Positions 38,767-49,714 are shown, numbered from the stretch's first letter. The stretch is 64,000 bases of DNA from Candidatus Multivoradales bacterium (GCA_965223855.1 CBDCXM010000002.1:64001-128000); one strand, 5' to 3'. Translations and numbers: made by a program. Notes: generated from the sequence alone by a model not told the origin.

Positions 38767-40308
38767 ATGGAGCCCGCTTCCGGAGCGTCGACACCCAGCC
38801 CTCGCTGGGCCAAGGTGATCGACCATGAGACCTGCATCGGCTGCCACGCCTGTTCGACGGCGTGCAAGTCCGAGAACGAGGTCCCGCTGTCGGTCAACCG
38901 GACCTACGTCAAGTACGTCGATGTGGGCGAGTTTCCCGAGGCGCGCCGCGCCTTTCAGGTGACGCGCTGCAACCAGTGCTCCGACGCCCCGTGCGTGACG
39001 GCGTGCCCGACCTCGGCGATGTACGCCCGCGAGGACGGCATCGTCGACTTCGACAAGTCGATCTGCATCGGCTGCAAGGCGTGCATGGCGGCCTGCCCGT
39101 ACGACGCGATCTTCATCAACCCGGAGGACCACTCGGCGGAGAAGTGCAACTTCTGCGCGCACCGGATCGACGTCGGTCTCGAGCCTGCGTGCTCGGTGGT
39201 CTGCCCGGTGGAGGCGATCGTCGTCGGGGATCTCGAAGATCCCACGAGCCGGGTCGCACAGATGGTCCATCGCCAGCCGGTGACGGTGCGCCGCCCGGAG
39301 AAAGAGACCGGGCCGAAGCTCTTCTACACCGGGGCGCACCAGGCGACGGTGGATCCCCTGGCGGCGCGCCGGCCGGAGGGCGGGCTCTTCATGTGGTCGG
39401 AGCAGCTGGGCCCCGAGGCGGGGCCGGAGATGCTCGTCGCCGGGCATCCCGGCCACGGCAACTCCTCGGCGGCTGCGCTCCTCTCCTACGATGCACCCCA
39501 CCGGATTCCCTGGGACTGGAAGGTCAGCCTCTACACGCTGACCAAGTCGATCGCCGCCGGCGTGATGCTGGCAGCCGCCTTCGTGCCGGCAGGGCTGGGC
39601 GACCACCTGTGGCAGTGGGGGGTCCCTCTGCTCGGTCTGGCGTTCCTCGCGCTGACCGGCCTGCTCCTGATCGCCGATCTGGAGCACCCGAAGCGCTTCT
39701 ACCTCATCTTCACCCGCCCGCAGTGGAAGAGCTGGCTCGTGCGTGGCGCCTTCGTGATCGCCGCCTACGGTGCCTTTCTCACCCTGCATCTGGCGTCGTC
39801 GCTCTTCGGCGCGACGTTGGCACGAGGGTGGATCACGGCCGGAGTGCTGACCGGCGGGGCGACCGCCGTCTACACGGCGTGGCTCTTCGCTCAGGCGAAA
39901 GCCCGTGATCTGTGGCAGTCGCCGCTGCTGCCACCCCATCTGCTCGTCCAGGCGCTGGTCGCCGGTAGCGCTACCTTGCTGTTGTGGGCGACCGCCTGGG
40001 CACCGGAGGCGAGCGGGCGGCTGGCCGTCGTCCTGGCGGTCAGCAGCGCGCTCCATCTCGTGCTGGTGGCGACGGAGCTCACCCTGCCGCACTCGACGGC
40101 GCACGTCTCGCTCGCCGTGAGGGAGATGACGCGAGGCCGCTACCGCCGCTGGTTCCGGGCCGGGCTCACCCTCGGGGCGCTCGGTCTGGTGTCGCCGTGG
40201 GTCGAACCGTCGTGGCTGATGGCGGTGCCGGCGTGCGGCGCCCTCGTCGGCCTCGGTCTTTACGAACACGCCTACGTCCAGGGCGGGCAGGCGGTGCCGC
40301 TGGCATGA
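38767..40308 (+). CDS. Fusion of a four-cluster 4Fe-4S protein and an NrfD/PsrC-type membrane anchor
   Basis: CIGCHAC, RCNQC...PC...CP, CIGCKAC and KCNFC motifs; C-terminal DLEHPKRF..SWLVRGA with TM helices. Confidence 0.9.
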   Translation: MEPASGASTPSPRWAKVIDHETCIGCHACSTACKSENEVPLSVNRTYVKYVDVGEFPEARRAFQVTRCNQCSDAPCVTACPTSAMYAREDGIVDFDKSICIGCKACMAACPYDAIFINPEDHSAEKCNFCAHRIDVGLEPACSVVCPVEAIVVGDLEDPTSRVAQMVHRQPVTVRRPEKETGPKLFYTGAHQATVDPLAARRPEGGLFMWSEQLGPEAGPEMLVAGHPGHGNSSAAALLSYDAPHRIPWDWKVSLYTLTKSIAAGVMLAAAFVPAGLGDHLWQWGVPLLGLAFLALTGLLLIADLEHPKRFYLIFTRPQWKSWLVRGAFVIAAYGAFLTLHLASSLFGATLARGWITAGVLTGGATAVYTAWLFAQAKARDLWQSPLLPPHLLVQALVAGSATLLLWATAWAPEASGRLAVVLAVSSALHLVLVATELTLPHSTAHVSLAVREMTRGRYRRWFRAGLTLGALGLVSPWVEPSWLMAVPACGALVGLGLYEHAYVQGGQAVPLA

Positions 40309-43299
40309 CGAAGCCTGAGTCGAAGAACTCGGCCTCGACCGAGCCGGGGCGGGGCGACCTGAGATCGAAGGTCTCGGCAGCACGGGACGCGACCGAGGCT
40401 CGAGGAGAGACCTTCTACCCCGGCGCCTCCCGGATTCACCTCGCCGCCTTCCCGCCGAAGGAACGGTGGGACGACTGGGTCGAGCTCGATTCGAAGGCCT
40501 GGCCGGAGAGAGTCGAGCGACGCTACATGCTGGTGCCGACGACCTGCTTCAACTGCGAGTCGGCGTGCGGCCTGCTGGCCTACGTCGACAAGGACTCGCG
40601 GCGGATCCGCAAGTTCGAAGGCAATCCGGAGCACCCGGGGTCGAGGGGACGCAACTGCGCCAAGGGCCCGGCGACCCTCAACCAGATCACCGACCCCGAC
40701 CGGATCCTTCACCCGCTGCGTCGGGCGGGCGCCCGCGGAGAGGGGAAGTGGGAGCGCATCTCCTGGGACGAGGCGCTCGACCTGCTGGCGGAGCGGATTC
40801 GCAAGGCGATGCGGGAGAAGCGCCACAGCGAGCTGATGTACCACGTCGGTCGACCGGGAGAGGACGGCTTCACCGAGCGGATCATGGCCGCCTGGGGGGT
40901 CGACGGCCATAACTCCCACACCAACATCTGCTCCTCGGCAGCGCGTGCGGGCTACCAGTTCTGGTGCGGCATCGATCGCCCGAGCCCCGACCACGCCCGC
41001 GCACGGGTGATCTACCTCATCAGCTCGCACCTCGAGACGGGGCACTACTTCAATCCTCACGCGCAGCGGATCATGGAGGCGAAGGCGAACGGCGCGAAGC
41101 TGATCGTCCTCGACACCCGGCTGTCGAACACCGCGACCCACGCCGACCACTGGCTGGCGACGATCCCGGGATCGGAGGCGGCGGTCAACCTGGCGATCGC
41201 CTCGTTCCTGATCCGGACAGCGACGCTACGACCGCGAGTTCGTCCGTCGATGGTGGAACTGGGAGGAGTACCTCGAGGCGGTGCATCCCGGGCTAGAGGT
41301 TTCCTTCGAGAGTTTCGAGCGCATGCTCGAGGCGGAGTACGAGCCGTACACCTTCGAGTTCGCGGCCGCGGAGTCGGGGATCGACGCCGCGACCCTCGAG
41401 CAGGTCGCCGAGACCGTGGCCGGCGCCGGCACCCGTCTGGCGACCCACAACTGGCGCAGTGCCTCGTCGGGCAACGAGGGGGGCTGGCAGGTCGCGCGCA
41501 CCCTGTTCCTGCTCAATGCGCTCACCGGCTCGATCGCGACGCCCGGAGGCATGCATCCGAACGCCTGGAACAAGTTCGTGCCGCGCCCGATCCGCCTCCC
41601 CCGGCACCCGGACTACTGGAACACACTCACCTGGCCCGAGGAATGGCCGCTGACGATGTACGAGGTGTCGTTCCTGCTGCCGCACATGGTGCGCCGCGAG
41701 GGGGCGCGGCTCGACACCTATTTCACCCGCGTCTACAACCCGGTCTGGACCAACCCGGACGGCTTCTCGTGGCTCGAGATGCTGACCGACGAAGAGCGCG
41801 TCGGCCTCCACGTGGCGTTGACGCCGACCTGGAACGAGACGGCGTACTTCGCCGACCTCGTGCTGCCGATGGGGCACGCCTCGGAACGCCACGACATCCA
41901 CTCCTACGAGACCCACGCCGGGCAGTGGATCGGCTTCCGTCAGCCGGTGCTGCGGGCGGCTGCCGAGCGGATGGGAGAGTCGGTGGGCGACACCCGGGAC
42001 GTCAATCCCGGCGAGGTGTGGGAGGAGAACGAGTTCTGGCTCGAGCTGTCGTGGCGCATCGACGAGGACGGTTCGCTCGGTATCCGTGAGTTCGTCGAAT
42101 CGGAAGTCGAGCCGGGACAGCGACTGTCGGTCGACGAGTACTACGGACACATCTTCGAGAACTCGGTCCCGGGTCTTCCCGAACGGGCCGCCGAAGAAGG
42201 ACTGACTCCGCTGGCGTACATGCGTCGCTACGGCGCCTTCGAGATCGCAAACGAGGTCGAGACCCCCTACGAGCAGCCGGTCCCCACAGAGGAGCTCGAA
42301 GACGTGGCCGAAGACAGGTACGGCCGCGTCTTCACCCGAGCCGCGGCGCCGCCGCCTCTCAACGTCGTCCCGACCGGCGCTCCCGGCGGGGACGCCGACG
42401 GCCGCCGGCCGGTCGGCGTGCGGGTCGACGGCGACGTCCTGCGCGGGTTTCCCACTCCGAGCGGTCGACTCGAGTTCTACTCGCCGACTCTGGCGGCGTG
42501 GGGGTGGGGCGACGTCGCGGTGCCGACCTACATGCGGTCCCACGTCCATCCTGATCGGATGGACGACGATCAGCACGTCCTGATCTCGACTTTCCGCCTG
42601 CCGGTCCAGATTCACACCAGGAGCGCGAACTCGAAGTGGCTCGATGAGATCGCTCACACCAACCCGCTGTGGATTCACACTTCACACGCGGCGGCGATCG
42701 ACGTGCGGACGGGAGACCTGGTGAGAGTCGAGACCGAGATCGGGCACTTCGTCGTCAAGGCGTGGGTCACCGAGGGGATCCGGCCCGGCGTGGTCGCCTG
42801 CTCCCATCACATGGGGCGCTGGAAGCTCAGTGAGGGCATCATCGAGGAGGGAGCGCGTGAGATCGCTCCCGGCAACGGCGAGCGCAGCGGGGAAGGACAG
42901 CGTCAGCTCATGGCGACGGCTCGCGTCGGCCGCGCCGGTAGCGAGTGGTCCCTCGAGCGCCGGCGTGGGGCTCGGCCGTTCGCCAGCTCGGACCCCGACA
43001 CCAGTCGAATCTGGTGGACGGACGTCGGGGTGCACCAGAACCTCACCTTCCCGGTTCACCCCGATCCGGTCAGCGGGATGCACTGCTGGCATCAGGCGGT
43101 CCGGGTTCGCAAGGCTGAGCCCGGAGACGCCTACGGCCAGATCAGCGTCGATACCGCGCGATCGCGAGAGGTGTTCGAGGAGTGGCTGGCCCGTACCCGT
43201 GGCGCCAGGGAGCACTCGCCCGACGGTTCGCGTCGCCCGTCCTGGCTGATCCGCCCGGTCAAGCCGGTCGCAGCCGCCTACCGCCTCGACGAATCCTGA
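40305..43299 (+). CDS. DMSO-reductase-family molybdopterin oxidoreductase (Psr/Sre-like), frameshifted near 41220
   Basis: CFNCESAC..C cluster motif and HTNICSS. The frame continues after a +1 shift into RYDREFVRRWWNW and ends in a molybdopterin-binding domain (NPLWIH, GIRPGVV). Confidence 0.85.
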
Positions 43300-43308
43300 G
43301 TCGCGGGC

Positions 43309-43695
43309 TCAGTCGAGCAGGGTGACGCCGAAGAAGCTCCTGCAGTCGCCCGACTGGCAGCCGGGCGGGTTCTGCAGCGGCGAGGTGCGGATCCACAGGC
43401 GGATCGACTTGCCGCTCGACATCGCCTCGTGCACCACCGCCATCGCCTGCGCGACCTGGTCGGCATTGCTGTCCGGGATGGAGAAGTAGGGGATCTGCTG
43501 GTCGTAGTAGCGCCCCACCAGCAGCGGGGTGTTGCAGCGCACGTGGTAACGGCTGCCGAAGAAGATCGCCGATTCGGTCGGCCGGCAGACCTTCGACACG
43601 GTGTCGGGCAGCGGCGGGTCGGCCAGGAGCGCGGTGGCCGCGCAGAACAACGAGGCTGCGAATAGGAAGGACAAAGGGATGGTGAATCGGCGCAT
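43309..43695 (-). CDS. Small secreted hypothetical protein with 4 Cys in the mature part
   Basis: SD AAAGGAG; signal peptide MRRFTIPLSFLFAASLFCAATALLA. Confidence 0.7.
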   Translation of the reverse strand: MRRFTIPLSFLFAASLFCAATALLADPPLPDTVSKVCRPTESAIFFGSRYHVRCNTPLLVGRYYDQQIPYFSIPDSNADQVAQAMAVVHEAMSSGKSIRLWIRTSPLQNPPGCQSGDCRSFFGVTLLD

Positions 43696-43953
43696 CTGAA
43701 GTCTCCTTTCCCGCAACTGGCGCGCGAGGTGAGCTGACCGTTACCGCCGGCGACCGGAAACGAGAGACTTCCAGCGTCGGTCCGAGTCCCCTTGCCGCAT
43801 CGGACGTGGACCCTCCCGGGGGCTTCTCTGCCTGCAGCGGTTCCTCGCGACCCTCGCCAACCCCGATCGACCTCGTCGCGACAGCCGCCCCCGCCGCCCG
43901 GCCTGGGCTCGTGTCGGATCTCTCCCGGAAGAGGGGCGGGCTAGACTCAGAGG

Positions 43954-44949
43954 GTGTTCGGAGCGGAGGCGGAGCGAAGGCTGGCCGCAGGCGAAGTGCT
44001 GGTGCTCGACGGCGGACTGGCGACGGAGCTCGAACGGCGCGGTCTGGTGCTCGACGAGCTGCTCTGGTCTGCGTCGGTACTCGCCGAGCGGCCCGAAGCG
44101 ATTCTCGCCGTGCACGCCGACGCGGTCGACGCCGGGGCCGACATCGTCACGACGGCGACCTATCAGGCGTCCTTTGACGGCTTCGCCGGCGCAGGTCTGC
44201 CGGCTGTCGAGGCGCGCCGGCTGTTCCGCTCCGCGGTGACTCTGGCGAGAAGGGCGGGAGAACGCCGCGCGGAACCGCTGCCGCTGGTGGCGGCGTCGAT
44301 CGGCCCCTACGGCGCTGCGCTGGCGGACGGCTCCGAGTACCGAGGCCGGTACGGCGTGTCGAGACGGGAGCTGCGACGGTTTCATGAGGAGCGCTGGCGG
44401 TTGCTGGCGGAAGCTACCGGCCTGATCGCCTGCGAGACGCTTCCCGATCTCGACGAGATCCTCGTGCTGGCGGAGCTGCTCGAGAGCACCCCCAGAGTGC
44501 GCGCCTGGTTCAGCTTCAGTTGCCGCGATACGACGACGCTCGCCGACGGCACCGGGCTCGACGAGGTGGCCCGCCGTCTCTCGGGCTGTCCCCGGCTGCT
44601 GGCGATCGGCGTCAACTGCGTCCCGCCAGCCGGTGTTCTGGAACAGATCGAAGCGCTGCGCTCGGGGGCTCCGCGAGCACCGATCGTCGTCTACCCCAAC
44701 TCCGGTGAGCGTTATGACGCTGCGACGGGAGGGTGGAGTGCGGACGGCGGGGAGGGCGCCTCTACGGGGCCGGAACCGGTCGCCGAATTTCGTGCCAGGG
44801 TCCGCGGTTGGATCTCCGCGGGAGCCCGTATCGTCGGTGGGTGCTGCCGCACCGGGCCGCGGCACGTGAGGGCGGTGCGTGAGGAGGTGGACGCCATGAA
44901 GGGCGACCACCGGGCCGGTCGGCGAAAGGCGTCGGCCAAGCCGGGCTAG
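43954..44949 (+). CDS. mmuM: Homocysteine S-methyltransferase
   Basis: LDGGLATEL, GPYGA.LADGSEY, ET, GVNC, YPNSGE and GGCC motifs. Confidence 0.9.
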   Translation: MFGAEAERRLAAGEVLVLDGGLATELERRGLVLDELLWSASVLAERPEAILAVHADAVDAGADIVTTATYQASFDGFAGAGLPAVEARRLFRSAVTLARRAGERRAEPLPLVAASIGPYGAALADGSEYRGRYGVSRRELRRFHEERWRLLAEATGLIACETLPDLDEILVLAELLESTPRVRAWFSFSCRDTTTLADGTGLDEVARRLSGCPRLLAIGVNCVPPAGVLEQIEALRSGAPRAPIVVYPNSGERYDAATGGWSADGGEGASTGPEPVAEFRARVRGWISAGARIVGGCCRTGPRHVRAVREEVDAMKGDHRAGRRKASAKPG

Positions 44950-46739
44950 GAAAGCTCCAGCAGCTGGTAGAGCACGCCGTCGTCGAAGCCGAGGCTCCGG
45001 TAGTAGCGGCGGGTGCCGACGGCCGAAATGACGGCCAGGTGGCGATAGCCGCGACGGCGAGCGATCCCGGCCGCCGCTTCCACCAGCGACCGGCCGAGAC
45101 CGACATGCTGGGGCCGGCCCGGCTCCTGCCGGTGGAGCTCGACGAGCCGGCCGTAGACGTGGACCTCTCGCAGAAGCGCGGCATCTTCGAGCTCATCGTG
45201 CGGGGTCTCTTGCTCCGACTCTTTTCCGAGCTCGGGCAGTCCGAGGCGCAGGAAAGCGGCCAGGCGGTCGTCGGGCGTCACGTACTGGAGGAAGACTTCG
45301 TGCCCCGCGCCACCACGGTACTCGCATCGCTCGAGGGTGAGCTCGTCGTGGAGGATCTTGCGTCCCCGCACCTCACGGCTGCGAATCTCCCTCGACCGCA
45401 GCCCGTCCGCGTCGAGGCTCGCCTCGACGATCTGCCGGAAGTTCGTGAGTTTGTTGCCGGTGACGATGTCGGTGCCCGGGATGTCGCGGATCACCCTCGT
45501 CAGGCGGCAGTACTCCGGAGTAGCGAGGAAGCACGCTCGCAGCACGGTGAGCAGCTCCTCGTGACCGTAGGGTCGCCAGCGCCCGTCCTCGTGATAGCTC
45601 ATGAGTTCGGCACTCTCGATGAGGCTGCACGGGTAGATCTTCAGCTCGTCCGGCCGGAGGTCCGGGTCGTCGAAGAGCCGGCCGTAGTCTTCGATGTCGA
45701 GCTCGGGGCTCGAGCCGTAGAGGTTCGGCATCCAGTGGGCGTGGATCTTGAAGCCGACTCTGCGCAGGGCGCGAAACGCGCGGCGAGTGGTGGCGACGTC
45801 GTGGCCGCGATGATTGAGCTCGAGCACCCGGTCGCTGGCGCTCTGGATTCCGATCTGAATCTTGGTCGCGCCCAGCCTGCGCAGGCGCAGCGCCTCCGCC
45901 AGGTCGAGCGTGTCGGGCCTGGTCTCGACGACCAGGCCGACGCAGCGGCTCGAGGCGGACTCGTTGCGCGCGTGCGCCGCCTCGACTTGCTCCCACGTCG
46001 CCTCCTCGTGACGGGGCTCGGGCGCGAGTCTCCGGACGGCCTCGTTGTAGCTCTCGGCGAGACGACGGCCATCGACGCGATCCTCGAGCTTCCGATAGTC
46101 GAAGCGGTTGAAGTGGTCGGAGGTCTCCCGCGCAACGCCTCCCGCGGTGAGGCGATCCGCCTCGTTGAGGGCGTCGAAGCACCGCAGGATGAACCAGAGC
46201 TGATAGCTCTCGGGATAGGACGACCAGGTGCCGCCGAGCACGATCAACTCGACCTTGTCGATCGAGTGGCCGGTGTTGAGCAGCGTCTGCAGCCGTGACG
46301 TCGTCTGGTCGTAGGGGTCGAAGCGATGCTGGGCCGCTCGCTGTGCGCCGGGCTCGTCGGAGAGGTAGCTCTTGGGCATCCTCACGTCGCTGGGGCAGAA
46401 GATGCACTTCCCCGGGCACGGGTAGGGCTTCGTGAGCACGGTGACCGGGGCGACACCGCTCAGGGTGCGGATCGGCTTGCGACGCACCCGCTCGAGGACG
46501 GTGGACCGATCCCCCGCCCATGCGCCCGTCTCCTCCAGATAGCCGAGGCCGGCGATGATCTCCGCTTTCGAGAAGAAGCCGCGGCCGTCCTTGGGGTAGC
46601 GCCGCAGAAGCGCCTCGAAGGCCGTGCGGTCGAACGCTCCGGGTCGGGCGAGTTCGGTGATCAGCCCGAGGAGTTCGCGGCGGTGGGGAGCCGGATCGAA
46701 CGAGAACTTCGACGCTGCGGTCGGTGCGACAGGTGTCAC
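44946..46739 (-). CDS. elp3: Elp3-family radical SAM/KAT tRNA U34 carboxymethyltransferase
   Basis: RTLSGVAPV, CPGKCIFCP, ETRPD, KIYP, RVIRDIP, REVHVYG, QHxGLG and ISAVGTRRYY motifs. Confidence 0.9.
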   Translation of the reverse strand: MTPVAPTAASKFSFDPAPHRRELLGLITELARPGAFDRTAFEALLRRYPKDGRGFFSKAEIIAGLGYLEETGAWAGDRSTVLERVRRKPIRTLSGVAPVTVLTKPYPCPGKCIFCPSDVRMPKSYLSDEPGAQRAAQHRFDPYDQTTSRLQTLLNTGHSIDKVELIVLGGTWSSYPESYQLWFILRCFDALNEADRLTAGGVARETSDHFNRFDYRKLEDRVDGRRLAESYNEAVRRLAPEPRHEEATWEQVEAAHARNESASSRCVGLVVETRPDTLDLAEALRLRRLGATKIQIGIQSASDRVLELNHRGHDVATTRRAFRALRRVGFKIHAHWMPNLYGSSPELDIEDYGRLFDDPDLRPDELKIYPCSLIESAELMSYHEDGRWRPYGHEELLTVLRACFLATPEYCRLTRVIRDIPGTDIVTGNKLTNFRQIVEASLDADGLRSREIRSREVRGRKILHDELTLERCEYRGGAGHEVFLQYVTPDDRLAAFLRLGLPELGKESEQETPHDELEDAALLREVHVYGRLVELHRQEPGRPQHVGLGRSLVEAAAGIARRRGYRHLAVISAVGTRRYYRSLGFDDGVLYQLLELS

Positions 46740-48922
46740 GGCTCGAACCCGGCCTCGACGACCGGTAGCGGGGTCCAGCGCTCGGGATCCTCGCCGGTGA
46801 GCTTGAAGATCTCGACCCTCACACGCCCCGTGCCGAGTCGTTGCGGATCGATGAGCGCCGTGAAGTCGACCCTCCCATCCACGGTCTGAAAGGTCTCGGT
46901 GGTCGTCGCGACGCGACCGTCGAGCGCGATGGCGATCACGGCCGGCGGGGTCAGATTCCTGTAGGCGAGGCTGCCGGGCCGCACACCGCGTTTGGCCTCG
47001 GGAAGCTCGATGGTGCCGAGCGATCCGTACAGGTGGACCGGCAGCTTTGAACTGTCGTCGTCGACATCGTGGAAGCGCTCCAGGCCGATCAACTCGGCCC
47101 TTGCCGAGCGGTCCGGCGCCGTCGTCTCGAGATTCCTCACCCGGCGACCGACAAGGCCGTCGCGGGGACCAGCACGGTAGAGCGACTCCCAGTCACCGCT
47201 GCCGAAACGCCGTGCAATCGCGTCGGCCCCCTCCCGGCGACCGACGATCTCGTCGGTCCGGTACTCGAGCGGCACTCCCGCGGAGGCCCCACGATTGCCG
47301 CTGCGGAAGGTGCGTTTGATGCTGTCCTCGGAGCGGGGTTCGCCGGCGAGCGAGACGCCGTCGAAGCTGCCCGGCTGCCCGATCGCTTCCATGATGGTCG
47401 GCAGGATGTCGACGGTCTCCGCGTTGCGGTCGTCGATCGCACCGTCGCGCTGCTGCGGAAGCTTGACGAACAGCGGCACCCCGACGAGGGCGTCGAACGG
47501 ATCGTTGCGCACGTTGCGGCGCGGCTGGCCCGTGTCGAAAGTGGTCCCGTGATCGGAAGTGACGACGATCATCGCCTCGTCGAAGATTCCGAGATCGTCG
47601 AGCCGATCGAGCAGGCGTCCCAACAGGGTATCGGCGAACCCGACGGCGAGCATGTGACGCTGATGCGCCTGAGTCGTCTCCCATTCCGAGCCGATCCAAC
47701 GCTGGTAGCGAAGGCCGTGCGGGTAGGTGGTGTACCCCTCGAACCGGCGACCGTCGGGGAGCCATGTCCAGGGAGCGTGAGGGATGTAGACGTGGGCGAA
47801 GTGAAGCGCAGGCTCACGGCCGAGGCTCGCGATCCGGTTGAGGAACCAGTCGTAGAGCAGCTCCGGGCTTCGGGTCCGCTTCGCCGGACCGCGCGGCGCC
47901 GCGTCGGCCTTCTCGCGGCTACCGCGGAAGTCGCGCCACTGATCGCCGATGGCGAAGCGTTCCGCGAGTTCGCCTCCGGGGCCGACGGCGGCGAGATAGA
48001 GGACCGCCGTGTCGCTCAGCAGGGCCGGCAGGCGCTCGCTGCGTGAGAGCGTCCACTCCGCCGGCGGGCGGCAGCGCTCCAGCGGGCACAGGCGGGTGGA
48101 GGTCTCCCAGATGTTGAACGGCGTCTCCGCGTCGAGGAGCGTGAACAGGTTGGTCGGGTGGCCGTTGATGTTCGGCGTCGCGGCGATCCTGCGCTGCGGG
48201 TAGCGGCCGGTGAGGATCGCAGGGACGGCGTAGATCGTCGACTGCGCCACGGTGGTCGCCTTGCGGTACCAGGTCGAGGTCGCTGCCAGTCGATGAAAGT
48301 TGGGGAATCGACCTCGGTCGATCACGTCTTCCGGAGTCGTCAGGGAGACGGAGGGCAACTCGTCGAAGAGCACCAGGAAGACGGGGAAGGGGAGAGTTCC
48401 GGCGGTCTCGACCGCGTTCTCCGGGTCTTCGGGCACCAGCACGTCCCGGACGCTCGGGTGAGAGAGAAAGAGCACCGGGAAGAGGAGCGCCGGTGCTGCG
48501 GTCCAGCGCAGTCCCGTTCGCCACGCCGGGCGTTTGCAGAACCCACCCAGGAGCAGGCCGGCGACGCCTCCGAGAGCGAGGCTCGTGACGGTGCCGAGAC
48601 CGAGCTGCCGGGCGACGAGCAGGCCACCCGCCGCGCCGCACAGCCCGATCAGTGCCCGATAGGTGGCGCTTCCGATACCAGGGCCGAGCGCCCTCGCCAC
48701 GGCGAGCACCAGCGCTGCGACCAGCGGAACTCCCAGGCTGAGGATCGTCACCAGGCCGAGCACGTCGAGGCCGTCCGCCTGATGGGCGACGAAGAATGCC
48801 GACTGGTCGCGCCACAGGTCGTAGAGCGGCTGGGCGACGACGAAGCCGGTGAGTCCGCCGACGGCTAGACTGTCGCCCGCCAGCGACGAGTTGGTTCCGG
48901 AGGCGGCTTCCAGTGATGGCAT
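46736..48922 (-). CDS. Membrane-anchored sulfatase-like hydrolase/transferase
   Basis: N-terminal TM helices; FDELP, STIYAVPAILTG, PHAPW, SDHG and DILPT motifs. Start uncertain because it overlaps the divergent gene's start. Confidence 0.8.
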   Translation of the reverse strand: MPSLEAASGTNSSLAGDSLAVGGLTGFVVAQPLYDLWRDQSAFFVAHQADGLDVLGLVTILSLGVPLVAALVLAVARALGPGIGSATYRALIGLCGAAGGLLVARQLGLGTVTSLALGGVAGLLLGGFCKRPAWRTGLRWTAAPALLFPVLFLSHPSVRDVLVPEDPENAVETAGTLPFPVFLVLFDELPSVSLTTPEDVIDRGRFPNFHRLAATSTWYRKATTVAQSTIYAVPAILTGRYPQRRIAATPNINGHPTNLFTLLDAETPFNIWETSTRLCPLERCRPPAEWTLSRSERLPALLSDTAVLYLAAVGPGGELAERFAIGDQWRDFRGSREKADAAPRGPAKRTRSPELLYDWFLNRIASLGREPALHFAHVYIPHAPWTWLPDGRRFEGYTTYPHGLRYQRWIGSEWETTQAHQRHMLAVGFADTLLGRLLDRLDDLGIFDEAMIVVTSDHGTTFDTGQPRRNVRNDPFDALVGVPLFVKLPQQRDGAIDDRNAETVDILPTIMEAIGQPGSFDGVSLAGEPRSEDSIKRTFRSGNRGASAGVPLEYRTDEIVGRREGADAIARRFGSGDWESLYRAGPRDGLVGRRVRNLETTAPDRSARAELIGLERFHDVDDDSSKLPVHLYGSLGTIELPEAKRGVRPGSLAYRNLTPPAVIAIALDGRVATTTETFQTVDGRVDFTALIDPQRLGTGRVRVEIFKLTGEDPERWTPLPVVEAGFEP

Positions 48923-49680
48923 CAGGATCGGATCGAGACGACTACGAAGCGAGATGGCGCGAGATCAACCGGCGGTTCTACCGGGAGCACGCCGCCACCT
49001 TCGATGCGACTCGCGGCAGGCCCTGGTCGGGCTGGTCCCGCGCGCTCGGCCATCTCGAGGATCGGCGCAGCCCATCCATTCTAGACGTTGGTTGCGGCAA
49101 CGGGCGCCTCGCGGATGTCGTGCACGACCGGCTGCGGGGGGCGCGCTACCTCGGCATCGACTCCTGCCTCGAGCTGCTTTCCGCGGCCCGTCTTCGCCCC
49201 TCCTTGCGGGCGCTCCACGGACGGCTCCTGGGGGTGGATGCTCTGACCGGTTCGCTTCCGATCGCGGGTGAGCTCGACGCGATCGCCGTCTTCGGCTTCC
49301 TGCATCATGTCCCCTCCCTCGAGGCGACCTCCCGGCTGTTGCATCGCCTCTTCGGCCACCTGAGCGAAGGCGGCGTGTTGATGGTCTCCTTCTGGCAGTT
49401 CGCGAAGCTCGAACGTTTCAGGGAGCGGTCCGTGGCACCCGCTGAGATCGGTCTTCCGGCAGGAGTACTGGGGCCGGGCGATTTCCTTCTGCCGTGGCAG
49501 CGCGTGGCCGGCGCCGTGCGTTTCTGCCATCACTCGTCGCCGGAGGAGGCGGAGCGACTCGTGGAGCCGCTCGTGGGGACGTCGGGCGGTGAACTGGTCG
49601 ATCGCTTTTCGGCCGACGGTGCGGGTGGCGATCTGAATCTCTACTTCGTCCTTCGCAGGCCGGATTCGCCGAGGGAGTAG
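48916..49680 (+). CDS. Class I SAM-dependent methyltransferase
   Basis: FDATR..PW, ILDVGCGNGR and LHHVP motifs. Confidence 0.85.
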   Translation: MASGSDRDDYEARWREINRRFYREHAATFDATRGRPWSGWSRALGHLEDRRSPSILDVGCGNGRLADVVHDRLRGARYLGIDSCLELLSAARLRPSLRALHGRLLGVDALTGSLPIAGELDAIAVFGFLHHVPSLEATSRLLHRLFGHLSEGGVLMVSFWQFAKLERFRERSVAPAEIGLPAGVLGPGDFLLPWQRVAGAVRFCHHSSPEEAERLVEPLVGTSGGELVDRFSADGAGGDLNLYFVLRRPDSPRE

Positions 49681-49714
49681 AAGAGCGGGCCCGCTTGTTA
49701 GGGTGTCGTGCACC

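Noticed and set aside
41205-41240. Programmed frameshift or selenocysteine recoding in the molybdoenzyme
   Set aside because: No slippery heptamer and no in-frame TGA at the ligand position; a simple indel explains it.
43720-43950. SAM or SAH riboswitch upstream of mmuM
   Set aside because: No consensus recognised, and mmuM appears leaderless.
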